Below, piece by piece: positions 26,001 to 38,000 of a stretch of DNA of 64,000 nucleotides. Position numbers and translations under genes: made by a program. This DNA comes from Phoronis australis (taxonomy: Eukaryota; Animalia; Phoronida). Position 1 is the first letter of the stretch; each line of letters opens with the position of its first letter. The notes under the pieces were generated by a model. It did no database searches, was not told the DNA's origin, and saw only the letters and a list, made by a program, of their open reading frames with translations. The stretch spans positions 60,430 through 124,429 of the forward strand of contig NMRA01000200.1 of assembly GCA_002633005.1 (NCBI GenBank). The letters are read 5' to 3'.

Positions 26001-29000
26001 TACACCCACACACCCCCCCACACACACCCACACCCTCGCACCCGCACGTACGTCATGCATGCGGTATCGAGTTCAAAACAAAACAGTCAAATTGGTTGTG
26101 AAGGCATAAAAAGGGCGTGTTCAACATATTCGGGGTGTGGTCAACATAACAAGAGGAGAATGGCTGACAACAGCGACACGTACCGTCTAGACATCGGGAA
26201 ACATCAAAAAGTTGTAGTTAATAAGTGGACACAAGAACTCAAAAGAATTCCCTTCGGTAAAGCCAAAGGCACATCAGACTGACCATAATAGGATCAGTAA
26301 TTCAATGTCCAAAATGAATGATTCCTTGTCTTAAGATGATGAGGCTATAAAGAAACTTATTTACAAGACTGTGCCATAAGTCAAATATCTACAAAACTTA
26401 CAGAATTTCAACTCGATAAAAATGTGTATTTTCCAAAGTGAAAAGCCTGTAGATTTTGATTTTTGACTTTATATCACCTCTGGCCGCAACTGGGCCACGA
26501 GATCATGTCTTTTAAATTAAATTTACCAAAAAAGAAAGGTACGATCATAGCAAAACAGTGGTAGCAACAACACGGCCAAATTTCACTTGATAAATGATCA
26601 TACTGAAATCTCAAAAACAATGTTATAATTTTCGTTTTCATTTCATGCAACCTCTGACTTTTTTACCACAAAGTCTTATTTTTTGATATCCCATCATCCA
26701 AATTGGAACACGATTATAAAAGCAATGCCCAACAATGTTTTGGAGAATAGAGCATAACGCAAAGTGTCTGAAAATTATACGAGTCCAATATGCTGTTTCT
26801 GAGATAAGATGTTCCAATGTTAGCAAAATTTGGACTCTGTTTAGGTCCCCACATAACCTTACCAACAGTCATGATTATAAATCAGAGTGTCCCATCGAAA
26901 CAAGAATTCCGGTGTAAAACAGATATCTCGGAGTTGAAAACTGCCCCACCTTCAAAACAGCTAACCAGCTGGAGGTCGGAGTTAGTGTTTTTCAGGCTGG
27001 TTATCTGTATTGAAGATGCGAGAGTCTGTTTTCGACTCCGGGATATCTGCTTTGCAACAGGGTTCCTGTTTCGATGGAACACCTTATAAATGAAATGCTG
27101 CTGTATGGTAATACGTGTTCAGGATGCAACATAGTCAAAGAATCCTTCATAATGAACATGACATACGTGTTCAAGATGCAACATAGTCAAAGAATCTTTC
27201 ATAATGAACATGACATTCGTTTTGTTAATCTAACTTTTATCACGCATTGAATACACATCACACAACTAGTATCTAATAAAGTAATGGCAGCACAACACGA
27301 GGCCACTGACTAAAGCTATTCAAACACGGCATGCAGAGTAGAATAGTAACAACAACTGAATCATTACCCGCCACGTCTGACAGAGCATTTTGTCCCCAGC
27401 ACCGTGATTCCACCCACACCAATGACCTCATCCCTTGGAGTTTAATTTTTACCAACAAGATTAATCAAGAATGCAACGGTGCTTAAGCTCGAACGATATC
27501 ATTCAAGCTTGGACAGTATTATTCAATTTTTTGAGCCTACATCATTGAAGTCTCTGCTTGCATAACCTTGCAAGCAATGTGGCAGACATCTTTATTTTAG
27601 CACACTTGAGTGAACCAAAAAAGCTAAGTTGTCACACGCGATAAGGCCATGGGGGATATTTCGTTTGGACCACTATCCGCTATGAAAATGAGCTTGGCTT
27701 GGTGATGAAAATTGCCAACGATAGCCATCTAGATATGTTAATGACCCACAACCTTATTCAACTTTGCACAGCAATGGTCACCCAGAGACAAGATTTCCCA
27801 AGTTTAGATATCAATGTTGAAAATGACCACTGGCCCAACAAACTTTTCAAAATTCCTGACAAGGTTGATTTACCTTAATTGTCAGTAGTCTTTTTCAAGC
27901 TAACCGAGCAACTCAGCAATGGTTAGCAAGGAAGTGAGGAATTCATGCTTGGATAAAAATATCAAACATGCTGGTGTACCATTGGGCTTGACCAAACATG
28001 CTGGTGTACCATTGGGATTGACCAAACATGCTGGTGTACCATTTGGCTTGACCAAACATGCAGGTGTACCATTGGGCTTGACCAAACTTGCTGGTGTACC
28101 ATTGGGCTTGACCAAACATGCTAGTGTACCATTGGGCTTGACCAAACTTGATCATACTTAGCTACATGGCCTATCACAGTCACCGCAACCCATCACCAAT
28201 ACCACCCCTTGACATGGACCCCTTGGCAGTGATGACTCTTTACCAATGCGTTCACCTCCCACTGCTGCTACCCACAACTCCATTCACAAAATACCTCTTC
28301 TCCAGAGACCACGTTTATCCCCGTTCACATGACTCACCTGCACACATAGGGCCGGGTTCACACGACACCCAAAGCTGGTGCTGACCGCCCGCGGACTCAG
28401 GCCAAGGTTAGAGAACAGCTTAGAGAAGGAGTTGGTCAGGTGAATGCGCGGCCGCTCCTCCGCCACCACAACACAGGCACGCACGCATGAAAGGTTGACG
28501 GCCTTGGCCTTCAATGCTGCCGTTGATGTACCCAAGCCCTTGGTACACAGCTCCATCACACCATAGGAGCAGAAGGTGTCACGCACTAGAGAATGTGGTA
28601 AGATAGTGATAGATTGATCAAAGGCAATGAAAAAGATAAAAATTAGAATCATATCAAGTATTACAAGATGTAAAATTATTACATATTATCTGCAATTTAT
28701 GGGAAGTAGCACTTTTCATTCTATGAACTTGGAGTAAGTGTAAGAAAATTTAAATTGTAATTTGCAAGGTCCAAGTATGTTAAATTGCAATAATATCTTC
28801 AAGGTATTGCTATTTGGATGTATTTTATTCAAATCATCGTATTATTGTATCTTTAGTTATTTAAAAAAAGCGAAAATAAGAAAATGCGCAAAAAGTTGAC
28901 CTTTGACACCGTGACATGGTGTTGGGGAACACAAACCAGATCATATCCCACAATGCAGTTCACTGCTATTATATCATAGTACACGAAGAGCAAAGACCGT

Positions 29001-32000
29001 TCAACCTTGGCGTTTTTTAGCCATGGTGCATCGGTGTGTGTGTGCTAACTATTTTAACACCATCCATGTGGAAGGCATGAGCCCATTTAAATTCTAAAAA
29101 GACAAGCATCTGGCTGCGTAATGGCAGGTTTTCGTGTGCTCTGCTCGTCTTTTGAAAATGACTGTCGAGTCAGCCATCTGTCGGAGCCGAAATATGCTCC
29201 GACCATTTTGAGGACGGCTGCTTTGACGACAAACACATCATGAAGGTTGAAGCTGGTCTTATAAAAAGGTAAGTTACCTTGAGAATTTTGATGTGTAATA
29301 ATTCATGACGCTTTCGCAGTGCCTGAACAATAACAATCTTTTTTCACAATCACCGTAATTCTCAAGTGTTTAAAATCTGTTGTTTTTCCGTGAAAGATTT
29401 AGTTATAAATGGATCAGTAAAACTAAAAGCCACAACAAATAAAGCTGATCTCAAAAGATGCATGTATTTTGAAAAGAATGCAGACTATGAATAAAGTAAA
29501 ACAGGACGGTAACTCAATTCCAAGGTTTTGGTTATTAAAGTAGTCTGTTTCAAAAAAAAAACAGGATTAAAATCTAGTTTTGGCATTTGCTTGAATGTTA
29601 TAAAAGAAGGCGAAAACTTGCAATTAGATAGCATCGTGTTTTACTTTAATCATGGACAACTCAGGATTCAAAATGTTTTTTTTTACTTTTGAATTGCCGG
29701 TGTTGTGCTTTTCAGAGTATGTAAATGAAAGAAGAACACCTTCCACTTAGTGCAGAACAAAAGAGAAGCTGGAGATCTTGAAATTTGCTTAGAAATTGAT
29801 GCCCCTCCAATGTCGACTGCTGGTGCTCCAGATGTGTCCAAGGAGGATGCCGTGGCACAGATAAATTCAGACTTGGTGCTTTGTCAATGGACAGCACTGG
29901 GATTTTTTTCCGTCACATATTTAACAGTCACTACCAATGTTTTAGATCAAATTTTTGATAGTGGTACAGATAGCAATGCCAGAGTGTTTATAGTACCAGT
30001 AGTGGAAATTGTGAAAAGCTTTTGTGTGTGGTACTTGGCTGTCCCATTTGTATAGATAAGCCCAGTGATATACTATGTTCTTATATTGAAACTAGTGGCA
30101 GATTTAGAGGGGGGCCATGCCCCCCCTAAAATTCTCCCAGATTCCATTTGACTGTTTGGGGGTGCGAATGTCTGACGGGCAAAATCCTGGCTAATACCGT
30201 GCTCTGGACCCCCTAACTCAAAATCCTGGATCCGCACCTGGAAACATTGACAATGGTTCTTCAATACAATGACTATCAATATTGCGGCATACCTTTTTTA
30301 AGTATATTTGATTTGCACTAAACCGTTGCTGTCCCATACAGTGGGTCGGTAAAGGAAGACTTTCTTAAGTGGGGGTGAAAAGGTACTTGTTTGGGTCGTC
30401 AGTCTTTTCGTGCGACAATCTCATCTAAATTGTACACAGAATAATCACTTGCACAGAATTCGAACATTGTCTTGGGAATTTTTGAGTGAGTGGTATAAGC
30501 ACTCCCTCCAGATTTCCCAATTCCTACTCATGTGCATACTTTTTGTGTTTTCACACCATGTCATAGACATCTAAAGCTATTGCATACTGGAGCTTTTGGG
30601 TTGAGATTCAGTGGTTGCTGTGTCGTGTTATTTGATTTCTCATTGAATTACAGTAGAACTCGCTAAGTTGTATCCAGTGAGACAGATATTTCATCAAAGT
30701 TATTTGGAGGCGTTACTGCGGAATTAATGCTAACCTTTCGAAAGTTCCCACTGAAGCGCTACCAATTTAGAGAGTTCTACTGTATAAGAAGAGGGCAGAA
30801 GATTCAGTCTCAACTTCAGACTATGGCCCAGATTCAAAACTTTTAATTTTTTATGTAACAGCCATACTGTTCAATGTGTTCGCTTCAAGCACACAAACTG
30901 GGCTCCAATGAGACAAATTCCTCTGTTTACCTAGGTAAACCATAAGTTTAACTGATGTTGAGTTTAGAGGTTTATAATGTAGTCCTAGTTAAATTACACT
31001 TGTCGTGACCATGTTATCATAAGTAACCAGATTGATGAGCATCAATAAATGCTGCTCGCTGTGTCAATTATTTACCATTCTGAAACCACAGAAGTCTATT
31101 CATGGAATGTCAACTTCAATTTCATGCCGCTGAGGTTGCACTGCGATTGCATTCGTTTATTACGATGTTTGATCTTTCTATGGAATTTGTCACTACAACT
31201 TTTTGCAACTCATTTGAATTACATAAAACTAGTCCCCGAGTCACAAGTTTTTATAACAGAATACATAGGTCATGTGGAGGAGTTGGCATTCCAGGGCTAA
31301 GACAACTGTTGATATCTATAAATGGGTGAAACTTTTAAGAAAATCCTTGGAACTCAGTCTTCCTCATTTCCTGGCGGAGGGTAGAAAGCTCTGATGCAGG
31401 CTACTGCGCATGCTGGAATGACAACACGGACTGTTCGTCCTAAGTGACCGTGTACCCATCTTTGGAACTGTCTGTAGGCCACGTGTCAAATCCTTTTATC
31501 CAAGGGTCTGTCATAGCCATCAGGATATTGGCTTTTGTACTGCAACCATGCAGTCTCCAAAACACCACGATTGATGTATACAGGTTTAAACCCCCATGCT
31601 CCACATACATTTTTTCTTCTGTGTTAGTTGTCACGCTTCATTTCCTCATCAAGTTTTGCAACAACCTTGTCAACCTCTTGGCAACATACTCTTTCTTCAA
31701 CAACTGAGGTTGTCTGACAGTTGCCCCAGGTGCACCTGCAAGATGTGTCAACAATAATACATTATTTCAGTAAACATCAAAATTTCGAATTGAAAAATTT
31801 ACCAAGAGTGGCTCTACCAAATTGAGGGGTCTGCATACGACTTCAGTTTTCAGGAAAATTGGTTGGAATGTCACAACCTATTTATTTTTTGTACAAATTG
31901 ATCATATAAAGTAAAGATATTTACTTTTCATACAAATAAATAGTGCTACACCCAAGGCAGTGGTAGATCATGCCCGGGGGAAATTGTAATGGACATTAGC

Positions 32001-35000
32001 TGACCCTAAGACAAAAAGTAGTTGCCCTGATTCATTGATGGAGGGGACTGTTTTGTATGTAGTCGTGAGACCTGTTCTCCCAATCTGAATCCTATCGGCA
32101 CCCACATACCATTAATCAAACTAGACAATGACAATGGGGCAAACCAACTTGAAAAGCAGTGTTGCCACTCAAAGGGTCACCATATTTTAAATATTACAGT
32201 ATACATTAAAACTTCTTGATATGCTATATGGGCAATCACCAATCCAATGCTATGTTCTCTTTACTTTATAGAAACTTTACCAGGCGGTTCCTACCCAAGT
32301 CGACTCGTAACCAAGCCAGGTACCATATTTCATTTATAAATAATGGCAACATTGGGCCAATGTACATCGACATGAAATGGTTGTTTCCATTTCAAGCATC
32401 GCCTTACAAAATAAAACTGTTTTGGAACACATGTGTAGATTGATATAGGTCCGAGTTTACTTGAGTACGAAAATGAAATGACTTGTTCTATAACCTATAG
32501 AATTATGCCCTCCCCCAGCACCAAGGTGAGAAAGTCTAAATTATAAAATTGCAATTCACAGTCGATTATTCCAAAGTGGTTCTCATTCATTCCCTTGCAC
32601 ACATTTATTCACTCACTAGTAACACCCCGCTCAGTCTCGGAGAAGTAAGAGACAATTTTGTTCAATGCTCAATTGCATGCCAGTGAAAGCCAGGATTCGA
32701 ACCTGAGTCTCACTAGCTCAAACCCCTGAGCCACACTGTCTACGAATAATCAGAGACCTAACACTTTTTGAGTGATTTGCTATAATGCAAAAAAATCCCA
32801 GTTTTATCACTGAAACTGGATTCACCAATGGAGATATGGGCGCCTGGGACTGACTGGTAAAGCACTTACTTTTGAATTAAAAAAGACCAAGTTATAATTG
32901 GCGGTTGTAGGATACATATTAATAATATTCTTACCAATCACTAACATCTAATCGCAACTCCTGCGCACCTTCAGCCTGTTGACGTTCTCAGGACGAACCC
33001 GCTGGGAGTGAGTCTTCGGCGACCAGAGAAAGGGCCGTGAAAGGGATCGAGGGAGAACGGCTCCACTACAGAAAAGCTGTGAACACATATTGTTCCTCTG
33101 GGGTCTGTCACCTCCACCTCCTCGTCCGAAAGGTCGGAATCATCTGAAAAGTCCACCTGCCCGTCCCTGTATCGTTCAAAGTATTCCTCATCTACGCTGC
33201 TGTACTCACTTGGACAGACATTGCTTCCTGTGTGTTCCCCAACACCACGTCACAGATGTGTAACGAACGAAAATGGCGCCGTTTCTATTCTCCGTTACAA
33301 CGATGGCGTTACAACACCACGGCACTAAATATGTAAATAACTTTGTATAGCGGTGTACAATTCAGTTAATGTTAAGAATATAGCAATGATAAGTATAAAC
33401 TAGAATTTTGACCATATTGTTGTTCAGATTGGTTTGGACCTTGCAATTTCCTCTTTAAACCTTCAATTATTTTTGTGCAACATAAATAGCACAACACTGT
33501 TTAGTATTGTGATAGCACAAAAGCAGCTTTTTGTTCGGAAGAGATGTGAAATTTCATTACAAAAAATCGATTGAAAATCAAATATTGTGATGAGGGCTTG
33601 CACTGCAGAGCCACCATCAAATAAAAAAACACCAGATGGCGCCAATGAGACAACAATCTCAACTGTAAATACATGCATTCAGGTACTCGCATGGAGCTGT
33701 GGGCCACAGGTGACCCCTGCTTTGTGCTCTCAATCTAATCGGATATTACAAAGAGGTGACCATCGAGTTGCCCATTGAAAAAACCTTGTACAGCTAAGGC
33801 AATGCATTAAACTTCAGTGGAAAATGGCAATTTCTGAGGATTGTGTGATGTAGCAGTAGTAAAACCTATCTTACCTTTATTGGTACTGACAGTGGTGAGC
33901 CAGAGAGATGGGTTCAGTTCAACTTCTGATGGTGGGATGAGAATAGAGTGGTGACCAGCGTATATACTGAAACGGACAAGAGCAACCAGTGCTAAAATCC
34001 TATTGTCTGATCAGTTTGGCACTGACAGTTCTACATAGGGTTTATGTCTGAGCATTTAGCCGATCATATCTACATATGGTACAAGAGCAACGCGGAGCGT
34101 TGAAATGCGCCCACGAGTGCAATGCAAATGGTGTTCTTTAACAGTCGTTTATTTGTATAATAAAAATGGCCTCTAGATGGAGCAAAGACATCCAATCCAT
34201 TCGGAAACGGGAACATGTCATCGCTTCTTTAATGGAAAGCTAGTCACCAAATTCCATAAAAATCTGTCAAGGAACTTCAGAGAAACAAAGGAAACGGAAT
34301 AGAATGAAATTGCCACTAGGGGGCACAGCTTTTGTTGGATCCACCTGAAAGTCGTTGTTGTCTGTTGTTAGCTTCACATAAATACATCTAATAAATTTAA
34401 TAAAGATTCTGTAGTGACTTTAGGAGATTCAAATATGGGCGCAAAACACAACAAAACAAAACAAAACTACCACTACGAGACGCCACAGTAGTCAAAGTCG
34501 TCATCGTCAACTATCCTCTTTCAAAACCATCCTTAGAATGGTTTGGTTGAAGGAGGAGTGGATGCTAAAAAATGGCAGAAATGGCCACTAGGTGGGGCAA
34601 AATACCTCGATTCCATCTGAAAACAGGAGGATAGCGTCATCTCACCAATAGATGCCTTTTTTCAAAATTTTATGAAAATCTGTTGAAGATCTGTGAAGAT
34701 AGAGGTAAACGTAAAAACTAAAATTGCCACTAGAGGGCACACCGATAGTCACATCCGCTTGAAAGTCGTAGTCGTCCTTTGTCAATATCATATAAATAAA
34801 CTTGATAAATTTAGTACAGATCCTGCAAACGGTTTAGGACACAGCCATAGGCACAAAAAACAAAACTACCACTAGGAGGCGCAACAATAGTCAAAGCCGT
34901 CGGAAAATAATCGTAAGCTGTCCTTTTCATAGTAAGAACATACACTCCAATTTTCACAATCATCTTTAGAGTGGTTTGGTTGATAGAGAGGTGGACGCCA

Positions 35001-38000
35001 AAAAACGGACTCGAAAACAGTAGAAATGGCCACTAGGTGGTGCAAACTACGTCGAATCCATCAGAAAATGGGAGGATATTGTCATCTTACTAATAGATGC
35101 CTATATGCCAAATTTCATGAAAATATGTGGAGGACCTCTGAAGATATAGAGGTAAACGTAAACGAAAAAAAACCTAAAATTGCCACTTGGGGGCACACCA
35201 GTAGTCAGATCTGTCCGAAGGTCGTTGTCATCCATTGTCAACATCATATTAATACAATTGCTAAATTTAGTAAACATCCTGCCAAAAAGTTCAGGAAGAT
35301 ACAGCCTTAGGCGTAAAATGAATAAAACTACCACTAGGAGGCGCCACAGCAGTCGTAAGTTGTGGGAAAATCGTCAGCCGTCTTCTTTATATTAAGTACA
35401 TGCCAATTTTCACAATCACCCTTAGAGCAGTTTGGTTGATAGAGGGGTGGACGTCAAAAACATACCCGAAAACCGTAAAAATGGCTACGTCAAATCCATC
35501 CGAAAACGGGAGGAAAGCGACATCTCACTAATAGGTGCCTATATACCAAATTTTATGAAAACATGTTGAGGACCTATGAAGATACAGAGGTAAATGTAAA
35601 AAACTACAACTGCCACTAGGGTGCACACCGGTAGTGGGATCTGTACGAAAATTCGCTCATGCCGTCCCATCCATGAAAGCAACACATGTGCCGAATTTCA
35701 TGAACATACATCAAGCGGTTTTGGAGATAGAGCAGCGGACGCCGGACGGACGGATGCCGGTCAGACGGACGTCAGACAGACGGACGCCAGACGGATATGA
35801 CGGCATAATGCGTCCACATATAAAATGTCAATAAATTCGGACAAAAATAATAGTCAAAAAAGTGATTTCTTTTCATTTTCAAGGACTCTTAACGTTGTTG
35901 TGAATGGCCAACTTTAATTGATGGTAGCCGAGTCACAGAACTTGAATAGAAGACCTGTGTACCACCAAAACTACATTGAAGTACTCTGAACACCAGATTT
36001 GCAGATTTTCAAGTTAATTTGCAGATTTTTGCGTACAGACCAAATTTACCCTACAATATAGGGGGGGGGGGGGGTTGAATTTTTCGCAGTGGACCTTTCA
36101 CTAACTAAAAAAGGGGTTTGCTCAGCGTTTAGAGCTTTTGCCGAATTCTTGCCTCTTTAGCGGACATTTGTCTTGTTTTGACTTTTGGTTTCTCTCAGGA
36201 CCTTTTTGTCATATATATAGTATCACTTCATTTCACTTTTCTCAAGTATCATTTCATTTCACTTTTCTCAAGTATCACTTCATTTCACTTTTCTCAAGTA
36301 TCACTTCATTTCACTTTTCTCAAGTATCACTTCATTTCACTTTTCTCAAGTATCACTTCATTTCACTTTTCTCAAGTATCATTTCATTTCACTTTTCTCA
36401 AGTATCATTTCACTTCAATTTTCTCAAGTATCATTTCACTTCACTTTTCTATAGTATCATTTCATTTCACTTTTCTCAAGTATCATTTCATTTCACTTTT
36501 CTATAGTATCATTTCATTTCACTTTTCTCAAGTATCATTTCATTTCACTTTTCTCAAGTATCATTTCATTTCACTTTTCTCAAGTATCATTTCATTTCAC
36601 TTTTCTCAAGTATCATTTCATTTCACTTTTCTCAAGTATCATTTCATTTCACTTTTCTATAGCATCATTTCATTTCTCTTTTCTATAGCATCATTTCATT
36701 TTCGTTTTATGCAAAATTTGTTTACAAAAATCACACATTAATTCATTTTTGATAACCCTCATGCAAAAGAATAAAAATTCAAAAATAACTTTTGAAATCA
36801 TTTAAAATACAGGTCATAAAGCATGGTAAATGAAAGGTACATATGAACCTAATCAGGCATTTCTGAGATAAGATGTCCCAAAACCAAATTTAGACATTTT
36901 CCTAGGGCCCTAAATACCTGTACACAAGTATTTCAATCAATTTATGATCTTGTTTCCTGCTCTCCCGGTCTCTTAAAAAGATGTTGTCCTCACTGAACGA
37001 AACTCACCTGTTTAAGCACCATAGCACAAAGCCGAGGCCACAGTAGGGGTCCAGACAGAGCGCCACCTCACGGGAGGGATACAACTCACATTGCAGCTTG
37101 ACCGAGCGGCACAGAGCTGAAGCTGATGCATGTGAAATCTGAAAGAGTTGACACCAGCTACGGACAAGTTTTCAACATACCACAGTTATTCTCTCACTTC
37201 TTAATTTATTCAAGTTACATCCACGCATTTGTAAATGAGTTCAAAACAATCACTGACTTGTACCGTTCACAGTATGGACAGGAATAGGTGGTGAAGACTA
37301 AGACCAAGGGTAAGCTTTCTAGGAACTAGATATAAAGTGGGATTATTTGACGTGACACGTCATCTGCAAATTAACATTCAGATGAAAAAGGAGACAGTAA
37401 TGGAAGACTTTCAAGTGGCAACATGGCAACTGATCATGTGATACTGGTGCCCTCTAGGGGACAAAGAGGCAATTTCACTATTCATCATGCTTAATCACAT
37501 TCATTGAAGAAGGGCCTTTTCACAAAATCAAACACATTCTCCCCTGTCACCCACTGCTCCAATGAAGTATCTCCCGATACAGTCAGGTGGCGATAAGAGT
37601 CACCAGTGCCACGTGATCGGCCCTTATTGTTTCCTGCTAGTCTCCCGTTCAAGCATGAGCTTATAGATCATCATTTGTTTGCTGAAAGTGTAATACAACT
37701 GAAACTTAAAATTAAAAAGTTTGCTCGTTAACAAGCTCAGCCGAAGTCTTTATTCAAAATTTGAATAAGCATGGTAGCACGAAGTACTTCAGCACCTTCA
37801 CTTCACAGTTTCCGTATTATTGAAGCCATGTGATCATGCCACTCATATCTTGCAAATGACTAAGTATAACTGAAAGAGCCAGAGGACTGCGTACCTTGAC
37901 ACCAGCCAACATGCCAGTGGTGGAGACACTGAAATCCAGGTAGCAGATCATCTCAGGTGTGGGTGCCTTGTACACTGCACCCAGCTTCTTCTTGGGAAGG

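Larger units (their letters stand above)
28754..33454. mobile_element. Kolobok-type DNA transposon (decayed, formerly autonomous) in a DIP2 intron
   Basis: TTAA at 28750-28753 and 33455-33458; imperfect TIR sharing TTGCAAGGTCCAA; subterminal inverted 23-mer GTGACATGGTGTTGGGGAACACA (28911) / TGTGTTCCCCAACACCACGTCAC (33231); convergent THAP (+) and KolX (-) pseudo-ORFs. Confidence 0.85.

Noticed and set aside
36138-36741. Long repetitive ORFs (also 27900-28161, 42771-43280, 52925-53251, 54180-54619, 61282-61653)
   Set aside because: Open frames arise from stop-free minisatellite units; no splice or domain support.
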